From: Pontixanthobacter sp.
Lineage (GTDB): Bacteria > Pseudomonadota > Alphaproteobacteria > Sphingomonadales > Sphingomonadaceae
DNA: 64,000 bases
NCBI RefSeq assembly: GCF_049682855.1
Contig: NZ_JBAUIK010000013.1
Span: 128,932-192,931 of the forward strand
Reading direction: 5' to 3'
In this document: positions 1 through 9,527 of the stretch, piece after piece
Layout: the number at the start of each line of letters is the position of its first letter
Numbering within the stretch: position 1 is the stretch's first letter
Notes under the pieces: generated by a model
What the model was told of the DNA's origin: nothing
What the model saw: the letters and a program-made list of their open reading frames with translations, nothing else
Databases searched by the model: none
Program-made: the position numbers and the translations under genes

Positions 1-61
1 ATTGCAGTGATTGTCTGATCCATGCGGTAGCCTCATGATCATCCGGGCACATCTGTCAAAT

Positions 62-102
62 CAAAAACAAACCGCCCCGCTTCCCTGTAAGGAGGCGGGG
101 CG
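62..102 (-). terminator. Rho-independent terminator downstream of the M13 peptidase gene
   Basis: A 12-bp GC-rich stem (73-84 pairs with 91-102, one G-U) encloses a 6-nt loop. Read on the minus strand, the stem is followed by a T-run (complement of caaaaacaaa at 62-71). It lies 23 nt beyond the stop at 125. Confidence 0.6.
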
Positions 103-124
103 CCTGTGCGGCCAGTATTATCCC

Positions 125-2329
125 CTACCAGATACGAACGCGTTCTTCTGGCGGGATATACATGGCGTGATCTTCCGAAACGCCGAAAGCTTCATACCAG
201 GCATCCATTTGCCGGACCACGCCGTTTACCCGAAACTCTTCCAAACTATGCGGCCCGACACGAATGCGCTGGCGCATCGATTCTTCACGGTTTTGCGCCC
301 GCCAGACCTGTGCCCAGGCGAGGAAAAAGCGTTGATCGCCGGTCAGCCCGTCAATAACCGGTGCCTCCTGACCGCCGAGTGATAATTTATAGGCGCGATA
401 GGCCAAACTCAGTCCGCCTACATCACCAATATTCTCGCCCAGTGTCAGCCGGCCATTCAGGCAGGTTTCTCCATCGTCGAGCGGACAGAACGCGTCATAT
501 TGGGCAGCCAGCCTGTCACCGCGCGCCTCAAAGTTTTCAAGGTCTTCGGGTTGCCACCAATTGCGTAATTTACCGGTGCCGTCGCTTTTGCTGCCCTGAT
601 CATCAAAGCCGTGGCCGATCTCGTGACCAATCACGCCGCCAATCGCGCCGTAATTGACCGCCGGATCAACCGACATGCCAAAAAACGGTTGCTGCAAGAT
701 CGCTGCCGGGAAAACGATCTCGTTCTTTGACGGGTTGTAATAGGCGTTCACAGTTTGCGGCAACATGCCCCATTCGGTCCGGTCAATCGGCTTGCCCAGC
801 TTGCTGACATTGTCTTCCATACCCCACCGTGCCGCGGCCATCCGGTTGGCCAGCGGATTATCGCCGACAATGGTCAGGCCCTCATAGGTTTCCAGATTAT
901 CACGGTAACCGATCTTGGGATCGAAGCTGTCCAGCTTGGCCCGCGCTTCGGCTTTTGTCGCTTCGCTCATCCATTCAATATCGGTAATGCTCTGGCCCAT
1001 AGCGAGCCGCAGATTGGCCACCAGCTCGTCCATTGCAGCCTTGTTTTCCGCCGGGAAATACCGCTCGGCATAGCTTTTGCCGAGTACCTCGCCCAAATGG
1101 CTTTCGGCTTCTGAAATCGCCCGCTTCCACCGCTCGCGCTGTTCCGGCTGTCCGCTCAATGTCCGGCCGTAAAAGGCGAAGTTTGCATCATCGAACCGGG
1201 TTGGCAGCACGTCTGCATTGCCGGACAGAAAACGTGCCGTCGTCCATGCCTGCAATGTCGCCACATCGGTATTGGCGAGCAGTGCAAACATCCCTGGGGT
1301 GCCTTTGCCGATCTTGGCCAGTGTTTCTGCGTCAAGGCCCAGCTCTTCAGCGCGTTCTGCGCTCGGTGGGACCTGTGTCAGGACGAACTTCTCAGACGCA
1401 TTCAGACCCGTATTTTCCAGCATGGTGGCAATGGGAAAGTCACCCGCAAGAGCCACCAGCTCGTCGGTTGTGAAAGCGGTGTAGCTCAAATCACGGTTCC
1501 GGCGCACAGCACGGTCCCATTCAATATCCGACGCAATTTTTTCCTCAAACGCATAGACTGCAACAGCCGTGCCATCCGGATCGGCATACCCTGCCTCTTT
1601 GAACAGGAACGATAGATAGGCGCGGTAATCCGCCTGGATTTCCCTGCCCTTTTCGCTACTATCAGAATAATAACTACGGTCAGGCAGGCCGAGACCGCCG
1701 GAGAAAACATAGACCGTATACGTATCGGGCTGTTTTTGATCGACAGTGACAAATCCGCCAACGGGCGAACTATATCCGGGCTTGCCCCATAAAACAGCCA
1801 GTTTTTCGAGCGATGTCGCCCCGAAAATCTCGGTCAGATAGGGGTAGGCGGGGGTCAGGCCAGCCGCATCAATTGCGTCCGTATCATAAAACGCATTATA
1901 CGCATCAACAATCCGGCGCTCGCTGGTGCCCGCAGCAGGGGCGGCAGCCACCAGTTCATCGACAAGCGTTTTGACATCGGAGGTCGATTTCTCGCGCAGC
2001 AGATTGAATGCCCCAAACCGGGAATATTGCGGCGGCAGCGGGTTCGCGGCGAGCCATTTGGCATTGACGTGCGCGAAGAAATCATCGCCAGGATGGATGT
2101 CATTATCGATCAACGCAGGGTCAACGCCCCACTCACCAAAACTCATTGTCGGTGTGGCAATTTCGGCGGTATCATTCGCATCTGCCGCGCCGGTGGTTTC
2201 AGCTTCGTCCGTCAGCCAGTCCTTGATCTCGCCGGCCACATGCTGGTGCGGATGGTCGTCGGCAAAGGCCGGTGCCGCAATCATAAACGCCAATGCGCTG
2301 GTGCCAGCGGTTAAAACTCTGTGGATCAT
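125..2329 (-). CDS. M13 family zinc metallopeptidase (neprilysin/PepO-like), exported
   Basis: 734-aa ORF with an N-terminal signal peptide (ALAFMIAAPAFA). It carries the HEIGHGFDDQG (HExxH), GENIGD (ExxxD) and NAYYNPSKNEIVFPAAILQ motifs typical of peptidase M13. A GGGAG Shine-Dalgarno sits about 9 nt upstream. Confidence 0.9.
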   Translation of the reverse strand: MIHRVLTAGTSALAFMIAAPAFADDHPHQHVAGEIKDWLTDEAETTGAADANDTAEIATPTMSFGEWGVDPALIDNDIHPGDDFFAHVNAKWLAANPLPPQYSRFGAFNLLREKSTSDVKTLVDELVAAAPAAGTSERRIVDAYNAFYDTDAIDAAGLTPAYPYLTEIFGATSLEKLAVLWGKPGYSSPVGGFVTVDQKQPDTYTVYVFSGGLGLPDRSYYSDSSEKGREIQADYRAYLSFLFKEAGYADPDGTAVAVYAFEEKIASDIEWDRAVRRNRDLSYTAFTTDELVALAGDFPIATMLENTGLNASEKFVLTQVPPSAERAEELGLDAETLAKIGKGTPGMFALLANTDVATLQAWTTARFLSGNADVLPTRFDDANFAFYGRTLSGQPEQRERWKRAISEAESHLGEVLGKSYAERYFPAENKAAMDELVANLRLAMGQSITDIEWMSEATKAEARAKLDSFDPKIGYRDNLETYEGLTIVGDNPLANRMAAARWGMEDNVSKLGKPIDRTEWGMLPQTVNAYYNPSKNEIVFPAAILQQPFFGMSVDPAVNYGAIGGVIGHEIGHGFDDQGSKSDGTGKLRNWWQPEDLENFEARGDRLAAQYDAFCPLDDGETCLNGRLTLGENIGDVGGLSLAYRAYKLSLGGQEAPVIDGLTGDQRFFLAWAQVWRAQNREESMRQRIRVGPHSLEEFRVNGVVRQMDAWYEAFGVSEDHAMYIPPEERVRIW

Positions 2330-2469
2330 AGTTTGTGCTCCCTAAGCGGCCGCATTCGCTGCGCGCGATACGGAATTGGATACTGGTTCGGCGAGCGCCT
2401 TGATAGCGCAGAGCGTACCAGCGCGATGCGGTTCATCGGCCAGAATTGCAGTTGGTCGATAAAGACACG

Positions 2470-4320
2470 TCACACTGTCTCGCTGGAGGTGAATTGCAGC
2501 GCGGCGAGACGGCTGTACAACCCGCCAGCGTCGGTTAAATTGGCATGCGAACCCTGTTCGACGATCCTGCCATCTTCCAGCACGATAATCCGGTCAGCAT
2601 TACGCACTGTTGCAAGCCGGTGCGCAATCACCAAAGTTGTCCGGGTGGACATGAGCCGGTCGAGCGCCTGCTGGACCAATTGCTCACTTTCCGCATCAAG
2701 CGCGCTCGTCGCTTCATCAAGCAGCAATATGGGGGCATCACGCAGCAAGGCGCGCGCAATAGCAATGCGTTGCTGCTGCCCACCCGACAGCCGAGTGCCG
2801 CTTTCCCCCAGATACGTGTCGAGGCCGTCTGGTAAATCGCGCAGGAAATGTTCTGCATTGGCAGCGCGCGCCGCGTCCCAAATCTGGTCGTCGCTTGCCT
2901 CCCAATTGCCGTAACGCAGATTGTCGCGCGCATTGGCAGAAAACAGAACGCCGTCTTGCGGAACCAGAGCAATCCGGCGGCGGATATCCGCCGGGTCGGC
3001 GCTGGTTAGCGGTACACCGTCTATCCGGATGGAACCCGCCTGCGGATCATAAAACCGCTCTGCCAATTGGAAAATAGTTGACTTGCCGCCGCCAGAAGGG
3101 CCAACAATGGCGACCGTTTCGCCCGGCTCTACCTCCAGCGTGAAATCCTGAATGGCGGGCGTTTCCAGCCGTGTGGGGTAGCGGAATGTAACCCCGCGAA
3201 ACGACAGGCTCCCACGCGCAGGTTCGGGCAAAGCCTGTGGGCGAGGCGGCGGCGCAATACCAGGTTTGGCATTGAGCAATTCATTGAGGCGGCTGGCCGC
3301 ACCGGCACCGCGCAACAGATCGCCATAAACCTCTGTCAGGGCGCCAAACGCGCCTGCCACAAGCCCGCCAACCAGCACGAAAGCAGCAATAGTGCCGCCG
3401 GAAATAGCACCCGTGCTCACCCCGATGGCACCTTGCCACATGATCATCGTGATTGATCCAAAAATGAACAGGATAATGATCGACGTCATAACAGAACGCA
3501 GCAAAATCCGGCGCTTGGCCGTATCGAAAGTCGCTTCTACTGCCCCTGCAAAGCGTGATTTCTCACGGCTTTCCTGATTGAATGCCTGGACAATTTTCAT
3601 CGCTCCGAGCGTTTCGGAAGTCATTGAACCAATATCCGCCACACGGTCCTGGCTGCTACGCGAGATATTGCGCAATCTGCGGCTGAACAATACGATCGGA
3701 ACAATAATCAGCGGGATCGCCAGCAGCAAACCGACGGTCAAACGCGGTGCCAGCCAGAACAACATCGCAATACCGCCCATTCCCATCAAGACGTTCCGAA
3801 TTGCCACTGACACCGTGGTTCCGACAACCTGTTCAATCTGGGCCGTATCGGCAGTCATTCGTGAACTGATCTCTTTGGGGCTGTTTTCTTCATAGAAGGC
3901 GGGGCCCAAACGCAGCAAATTGGCTTGCACTTTAAGCCTTACATCGGCGACCACTCGCTCGCCCAGCCAGCTGACAAAATAGAACCGTAACGCCGTGCCG
4001 ACGGAGAGCACCACAACCACCGCCAGCAATCCTTTGAAAAGAGTACCGATCTGATCCAGATCGCCGCCCGCAGCGAAGCCATCATCCACGATCAGCTTGA
4101 AACCGTAAGGTATGGCCAATGTCGCCGCAGCGGTAATCACCAAGGCCACCAAGGCGAGAGCGACTTTGGCCGGATAATGGGCCAGTTCAGCCCAGATCAT
4201 TTTTAGCGGGCCGAGCGTTCTGGCAGCTTTACGATCCAACGCTGCCGACTTTTTACGACCGGATAATGGCCGCTTACTACCGGCCATCTGCCCATCTGCC
4301 ACGCTCTCTTCACCGCTCAT
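2470..4320 (-). CDS. Fused ABC transporter permease/ATP-binding protein (ABCB/MsbA-like exporter)
   Basis: 616-aa ORF with a hydrophobic N-terminal half. The C-terminal half has Walker A GPSGGGKST, ABC signature LSGGQQQRIAIARALL and Walker B ILLLDEATSALD. Confidence 0.9.
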   Translation of the reverse strand: MSGEESVADGQMAGSKRPLSGRKKSAALDRKAARTLGPLKMIWAELAHYPAKVALALVALVITAAATLAIPYGFKLIVDDGFAAGGDLDQIGTLFKGLLAVVVVLSVGTALRFYFVSWLGERVVADVRLKVQANLLRLGPAFYEENSPKEISSRMTADTAQIEQVVGTTVSVAIRNVLMGMGGIAMLFWLAPRLTVGLLLAIPLIIVPIVLFSRRLRNISRSSQDRVADIGSMTSETLGAMKIVQAFNQESREKSRFAGAVEATFDTAKRRILLRSVMTSIIILFIFGSITMIMWQGAIGVSTGAISGGTIAAFVLVGGLVAGAFGALTEVYGDLLRGAGAASRLNELLNAKPGIAPPPRPQALPEPARGSLSFRGVTFRYPTRLETPAIQDFTLEVEPGETVAIVGPSGGGKSTIFQLAERFYDPQAGSIRIDGVPLTSADPADIRRRIALVPQDGVLFSANARDNLRYGNWEASDDQIWDAARAANAEHFLRDLPDGLDTYLGESGTRLSGGQQQRIAIARALLRDAPILLLDEATSALDAESEQLVQQALDRLMSTRTTLVIAHRLATVRNADRIIVLEDGRIVEQGSHANLTDAGGLYSRLAALQFTSSETV

Positions 4321-4501
4321 GCCTAAGAAATAGGGAGATAGCCTTGCGAAATCTACCGTGTAGGCATGATTTGGTCCGGTTTATCCATGATGTTCGGCAA
4401 AGTGAGCAAAGAAAATTTGCCTATCTGGCTGATTGGGCGCATGGTGCAGTGCACAATAAACAAGGCGACCGGTTTTCCCCGGTCGTAGCAGAGGTTACAC
4501 A

Positions 4502-5737
4502 TTGCTTTATCACGCTTATGAAATGCAACGCGCCTGGATGTCTAGCGCCAGCGCCTGGGCCGGAATCAGCGCGGAACTGCTGTCCAACCCAAAGCTGCCT
4601 TTGGGATATTTCGGCCTTGGGCCTGCCGCTGCCTCTGCGCTTGAGGTCTTCGCTCATGCCGCCGCACCTTACGGCAAGCCGGCGTTTGGCATTGAAACTG
4701 TTACCACTGGCGGAAAAACCTATCCGGTGACCGAGGCCACGGTCGTGAACAAGCCATTCGGCGATTTGAAACGCTTTGCGCGCGACGATTTGCCAGCGGA
4801 TGCGCCGCGCCTGTTGATCGTGGCCCCGATGAGCGGCCATTTTGCAACTTTGCTGCGCGGCACGGTGGAACGCATGATCGACAGCTGCGAAGTCTATATT
4901 ACTGATTGGGCCGATGCGAAAACTGTTCCCCTACACGAAGGGCATTTCGATCTTGATGATTATATTGATTATATCATCGAATTTATGGAGCATATCGGGC
5001 CGCGCAGCGGTCAGGGCGCCAACATGATGGCGGTTTGCCAGCCATCAGTGCCCGCCTTTGCTGCCACGGCGATTATGAACCGGGACGATCATCCCTGCGC
5101 TCCCGCGACGCTGACCATAATGGGCGGGCCGATTGATACACGCCAGTCGCCAACCACGGTCAATGATCTGGCGATGGACCGGCCAATCAGCTGGTTTCGT
5201 GAAACGGTTATCGCCACCGTGCCGCTGAACCACCGAGGCGCAGGGCGCCGCGTCTATCCCGGCTTTCTCCAGCTCGCGAGTTTCATGAGCATGAACCTCG
5301 GCGCGCACATGCTCAGCCATTATGAACTATTCAAACATCTGAATAAAGGCGATGATGAAAGCGCGCAGGCGACCAAGGATTTCTACGACGAATATCGCGC
5401 CGTCTGCGACATGACTGCCGAATTCTACCTGCAAACGGTGGAAGAAGTGTTCCAGAAACACTCCATCCCTAACGGTACGTTCGTTCACCGCGGTAAAGTG
5501 GTCGATCTGCACGAGATTACCAAAACCGCAATCCTGGCGATCGAGGGTGAGCGCGATGATATTTCCGGCCTGGGACAAACCAAAGCTGCTCTGACACTGG
5601 CGGACAGATTGTCCGATAACAAGAAACGCTATTACATGGCAGAGGGCGCCGGGCATTACGGCATTTTTAACGGCAGCAAATGGCGCAATATGGTGGCACC
5701 CGTGGTGGAAGAATTTATTGCCGCGCACGCGGTCTAG
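4502..5737 (+). CDS. phaZ: Intracellular polyhydroxyalkanoate (PHB) depolymerase, PhaZ family
   Basis: 411-aa ORF with a TTG start. The N-terminus MLYHAYEMQRAW matches the conserved start I recall for the TIGR01849-type intracellular PHB depolymerases. AGAGG lies about 8 nt upstream, and a thiolase and MaoC dehydratase are adjacent. Confidence 0.75.
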   Translation: MLYHAYEMQRAWMSSASAWAGISAELLSNPKLPLGYFGLGPAAASALEVFAHAAAPYGKPAFGIETVTTGGKTYPVTEATVVNKPFGDLKRFARDDLPADAPRLLIVAPMSGHFATLLRGTVERMIDSCEVYITDWADAKTVPLHEGHFDLDDYIDYIIEFMEHIGPRSGQGANMMAVCQPSVPAFAATAIMNRDDHPCAPATLTIMGGPIDTRQSPTTVNDLAMDRPISWFRETVIATVPLNHRGAGRRVYPGFLQLASFMSMNLGAHMLSHYELFKHLNKGDDESAQATKDFYDEYRAVCDMTAEFYLQTVEEVFQKHSIPNGTFVHRGKVVDLHEITKTAILAIEGERDDISGLGQTKAALTLADRLSDNKKRYYMAEGAGHYGIFNGSKWRNMVAPVVEEFIAAHAV

Positions 5738-5965
5738 TCAGCTTCGCGGCAAGTCCCGCAGCGATTCTGCCAGAGCCAACTATCCATGTGACGATTCGCA
5801 AAGCAAGCAGAATTACCGCAGTGCCGCCCGCCTGATAGAGAGTGTTACAGGCCGCAAAGGGCAACCCTGCCGCCGAGACATTCTCAGCAGTTAAGACCAC
5901 AAGGATAACAGGCTCAAGGCCTGGTATGGCGCACCGCTCGCGACACCGGTAATACGCGGTACACG

Positions 5966-6002
5966 CAAAACGGCCCATCCTCTCAAACCGGGAGAATGGG
6001 CC
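5966..6002 (-). terminator. Rho-independent terminator after the thiolase gene
   Basis: Stem 5972-5984 pairs with 5990-6002 (7 bp, one mismatch, then 5 bp including a G-U) around a 5-nt loop. On the minus strand it is followed by GTTTTG (complement of caaaac at 5966-5971). It lies about 40 nt beyond the stop at 6042. Confidence 0.5.
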
Positions 6003-6041
6003 GCTGCGGCGGCTGAACACCGCTGCCAGTATTCAAGCTGA

Positions 6042-7220
6042 TTAGAAGATCTCGAACAGGCCTGCTGCGCCCATACCGCCGCCGACGCACATGGTGACGA
6101 CGCCGTATTTGGCCTTGCGGCGCTGACCTTCGCGTAGAATATGGCCAACGCAGCGTGCACCTGTCATGCCATAAGGGTGGCCGATGGAAATCGAGCCGCC
6201 ATTGACGTTCAGCTTGTCATTATCAATGCCCAGCTTGTCGCGGCAGTAAAGCACCTGAACGGCAAATGCCTCATTCAATTCCCACAGATCAATATCATCA
6301 ACCGTCAGGCCGTAACGCTCAAGCAGTTTGGGGATGGCGTACACTGGACCAATGCCCATTTCGTCAGGTTCGGTGCCGGCAACCGCCATGCCGACACAGC
6401 GGCCCAGCGGCTGAAGACCGCGTTGTTCCGCCAGCTTGGCTTCCATAACGATAACCGCAGCCGACCCATCGGATAGCTGCGATGCGTTACCCGCTGTAAT
6501 CGTTGTGTCGGGGCCGAGCACTGGCTGTAGCGATTGCAAACCCTCCAGAGTGGTCGACGGACGATTGCCTTCATCCTTAGCGATGGTGACATCGACATCG
6601 GATACTTCGCCGGTTTCGCGGTCTTTCACCTTGTGTGTCGTGCTTACCGGGACGATCTCATCGTCGAACAGACCTGCGTCTTGTGCGGCAGCCGTGCGCT
6701 GCTGCGATTGCAGACCGTATTCGTCCTGCGCGTCGCGGCCGATATTGTACCGCTGGGCCACAGTTTCTGCGGTTTGCAGCATCGGCATGTAGACAGCATT
6801 ATGCATCGCCATCAGCGACGGGTCGGGCATCATCCGCATTTCAGGCGTTTGCACCAGACTGATCGATTCCTGACCGCCCGCGGCCACAATATCCATCCGG
6901 TCGATAACAACCTGTTTGGAAGCGGTTGCGATGGCCATCAGGCCAGAAGAACACTGCCGGTCAATCGTCATGCCTGAAACACCAATCGGGCAGCCTGCAC
7001 GCAATGCAACCTGGCGGCCAAGATTGCCCGCCTGAGCCCCCTGTTGCAGAGCCGCGCCCCACACAACATCATCGATTTCGCCTGCTTCGATGCCCGCCCG
7101 CTCAATCGCCGGTGCCAAGGCATAGGCGCCCAGCGTAGCGCCCGGAGTGGCATTGAAAGCGCCCTTATAAGCTTTGCCCATACCGGTACGGGCGGTGGAT
7201 ACGATTACTGCGTCACGCAT
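6042..7220 (-). CDS. Acetyl-CoA C-acyltransferase (thiolase)
   Basis: 392-aa ORF with the active-site Cys context [13 protein letters not shown]. The C-terminal thiolase signatures [19 protein letters not shown] and [13 protein letters not shown] are present. Confidence 0.9.
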   Translation of the reverse strand: MRDAVIVSTARTGMGKAYKGAFNATPGATLGAYALAPAIERAGIEAGEIDDVVWGAALQQGAQAGNLGRQVALRAGCPIGVSGMTIDRQCSSGLMAIATASKQVVIDRMDIVAAGGQESISLVQTPEMRMMPDPSLMAMHNAVYMPMLQTAETVAQRYNIGRDAQDEYGLQSQQRTAAAQDAGLFDDEIVPVSTTHKVKDRETGEVSDVDVTIAKDEGNRPSTTLEGLQSLQPVLGPDTTITAGNASQLSDGSAAVIVMEAKLAEQRGLQPLGRCVGMAVAGTEPDEMGIGPVYAIPKLLERYGLTVDDIDLWELNEAFAVQVLYCRDKLGIDNDKLNVNGGSISIGHPYGMTGARCVGHILREGQRRKAKYGVVTMCVGGGMGAAGLFEIF

Positions 7221-7323
7221 AAAATCCTCACATCACCCCGACAGAGGCCGGGGTCTTTTAATAAAAGGGAAAACGACCATTGCGCAGGCCGCGAGCGATC
7301 CCGGCCCGAGCCGGGATGACGGT

Positions 7324-7773
7324 TCAAACGAAAAACATGGTAATCCATTCGCAGATCAAGGCAGGCTTATCCTCGCCTTCAATCTCAATAGTGATCTCAC
7401 AGGTCTGCTGCCACTGGCCGGGCCGTTTCTCTACCATTTCGGTAAGTTTCCAATGGCCGCGAATGCGCTTGCCGCTGCGGACTGGCGCGATGAAGCGGGT
7501 TTTGTTGCCGCCATAATTCACCCCCATCTTAATACCGTCCATGCGGGGCATGTCGGATTCAGCAGAGAGGTAGGGGATCATGGAAAGCGTGAGAAAACCA
7601 TGCGCGATGGTACCGCCAAACGGCGTCATTTTTGCAGCGTCTTCGTTAATATGAATGAACTGGTGATCACCGGTTGCATCAGCGAACTGGTTGATCCGTT
7701 CCTGGCTCATTTCAGCCCATTGGCTGATGCCGATCACTTCGCCGACTTTGGCTGCGATATCCTGCGGTGTCAT
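7324..7773 (-). CDS. MaoC-family (R)-specific enoyl-CoA hydratase / hot-dog fold dehydratase
   Basis: 149-aa ORF. The motif FADATGDHQFIHINEDAA resembles the MaoC dehydratase active-site region. It lies directly upstream of the thiolase on the same strand. Confidence 0.75.
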   Translation of the reverse strand: MTPQDIAAKVGEVIGISQWAEMSQERINQFADATGDHQFIHINEDAAKMTPFGGTIAHGFLTLSMIPYLSAESDMPRMDGIKMGVNYGGNKTRFIAPVRSGKRIRGHWKLTEMVEKRPGQWQQTCEITIEIEGEDKPALICEWITMFFV

Positions 7774-7880
7774 ATGCCTCTCCGTAAAGCTGTGAAATAT
7801 TACACAGCGTCATGAAGCATTAGACGGCCCAGTGCAACGAGGTTTCCGTAAACGTCAACCTGCCGTTACGGCGCCCGGCC

Positions 7881-9281
7881 CTATTGTGCAGCAGCCATAC
7901 GTGGAGGCACGCGGCGTTTGGGGCCTTCCGGTTCCGGCGGTGCGGAAAGCGGGCCGTGCAAGGCCCGGTGCGATTCGAGCCGTTTGCAATAGGTCCACAG
8001 CGCGCATTGCAGCGCAATTACCATCAAAACATATGGCTGATACGCAATCCCCTGGAACAATGATCCCACCAGATAGATAATCTGCGCATATTGCAGCGCA
8101 GTCGCCAGAGGCGCTTGCCATTGTTCCCCGTCGCCTGTGAATGTACGCCATTTCCGGCGGATTCTTTCCATATGCCATAGACCAAGAGCGTGAATCCACA
8201 GCCACATAAACAATCCCGGCCAGCCTTGCTCCCCCAGCATTTCAAAAATTGCCGAGTGGAAAGCGCGCCCCTCATCAACGACTTCACGGAATTCGACCGA
8301 GGTCGTGTTGCCTGCCTCTTGGCGAATGGGCATATCGTAAGTGAAGGAATTTCCGCGGAAGGAATCAAACCCGCCACCGGTTGGCTTTTCCATCGCATAA
8401 TCAAACGTCCATTCCCACACAGCCAAACGAGTGGAGGCTGATTCGTCCCCGTCCGTGCTGCCCAAAGTCGCCATCCTTTCGTAATAGGAGGACGGCAGAA
8501 ACGGTAATGCGATAAAGACCATAGTCGCGCCCGCGACGATAAAGGTCAGCCGCCGTTTGATATCGCGCAGGGCCAGAACAAGCAGCACCGCGATACATAC
8601 CAGCCCCGTGCGCGCCTCGGTTCCAATGGGGATGAGCAGGCACGAAAAAATCAGCCCGGCGCTAAACAGTTTCACTCGCCAATCAGGTTTGAAAATCGTG
8701 CCATATTTGTTGAACCAGATGATGATCGGAATGCTGCAGATCGCCACTGTGGCCAATGTCGAGCTTTCATACAGACCGCTATTATCGTTCACAAAGAACA
8801 GTTTGCGTTCATATCCACCGCCGCCCAGGACAATTTTCACGCCTGCGCTGATCAGAATGGCGCCAACCGTCATCACCATCGTCAACAACGCCGCTTCGAT
8901 GCGTAATTTCGTGGTCAGCGTCAGGGGCAGGAAAATCGCGAAGAACATCGCTTTCCACACCCATTCCCATTTGGTTGCCGCAAATTCGGGGAAATCGGCA
9001 TTGGTCGTGGTCCACCAGCAATAAAACAACAACGCCGCGATCAGGCCCTGACGGACTGTAAATTTGGCGCCCTTCTTGGGGTCAGCCAACAGCCAGCCGG
9101 CAAAAGCGGCGACAAAGCACAGCAGCGACGGACTGATCGCGGGCATGATGGTGTACCCGATTTTGCCAGGGGCCAGAATATCTACGTAAATATACGCCAG
9201 TACCCAAACAAACGGGCTGCGAAAGCCGATCGCAAGGACGGCCATAAGGAAGCCAAACAGCGCCAGATCAAGCATTGTCAT
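7881..9281 (-). CDS. O-antigen-ligase/Wzy_C-like polytopic membrane protein (resembles exosortase-A-system-associated putative O-glycosylation ligase)
   Basis: The track ORF runs to 9374, but an AGGAG precedes the ATGs at 9281/9275, where the hydrophobic protein begins (MTMLDLALFGFLMAVLAIGFRSPFVWVLAYIYVDIL). I count at least 10 hydrophobic segments by eye. The N-terminal pattern recalls TIGR03097-type proteins. The family call is from memory. Confidence 0.6.
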   Translation of the reverse strand: MTMLDLALFGFLMAVLAIGFRSPFVWVLAYIYVDILAPGKIGYTIMPAISPSLLCFVAAFAGWLLADPKKGAKFTVRQGLIAALLFYCWWTTTNADFPEFAATKWEWVWKAMFFAIFLPLTLTTKLRIEAALLTMVMTVGAILISAGVKIVLGGGGYERKLFFVNDNSGLYESSTLATVAICSIPIIIWFNKYGTIFKPDWRVKLFSAGLIFSCLLIPIGTEARTGLVCIAVLLVLALRDIKRRLTFIVAGATMVFIALPFLPSSYYERMATLGSTDGDESASTRLAVWEWTFDYAMEKPTGGGFDSFRGNSFTYDMPIRQEAGNTTSVEFREVVDEGRAFHSAIFEMLGEQGWPGLFMWLWIHALGLWHMERIRRKWRTFTGDGEQWQAPLATALQYAQIIYLVGSLFQGIAYQPYVLMVIALQCALWTYCKRLESHRALHGPLSAPPEPEGPKRRVPPRMAAAQ

Positions 9282-9527
9282 GCTCCTGCCGCGCGGCGGC
9301 ATCGGCCATTTTTCTGGCCCGCTTATTCGGTCTGTCGAACTCTGATTCGCGGTCGAGTTCTGCCCGCCCGGCAATACGGATCAGCGCCAGCAAAATCAGT
9401 CCATGAGTCAATGCAAGGGCGAAATAATCAATCACGATACGGGGCGCAGCTCCAGCGGTGGTTCACCCGGCACGTAACAGCACGGAGTTGACGGCGCGTT
9501 AAGGTTACCTGGCTAAAGCAGCGTGCG

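Noticed and set aside
11-382. 123-aa and 83-aa plus-strand ORFs at the left edge
   Set aside because: They overlap the 3' end and terminator of the M13 peptidase gene and have no motifs. They are most likely spurious.
4466-4485. Perfect 7-bp hairpin (CGACCGG-ttttcc-CCGGTCG) 16 nt upstream of phaZ
   Set aside because: It is not followed by a T-run on the plus strand, and no minus-strand gene could use it. It may be a 5'UTR structure, but there is too little evidence to call it a feature.
5715-6020. 101-aa minus-strand ORF in the phaZ / thiolase spacer with two hydrophobic stretches
   Set aside because: Its only ATG starts sit upstream of or inside the thiolase terminator hairpin, and it overlaps the phaZ 3' end. 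It uses codons (ATA, TTA, AGA, CGA, GTA) that look rare in the confident genes here.
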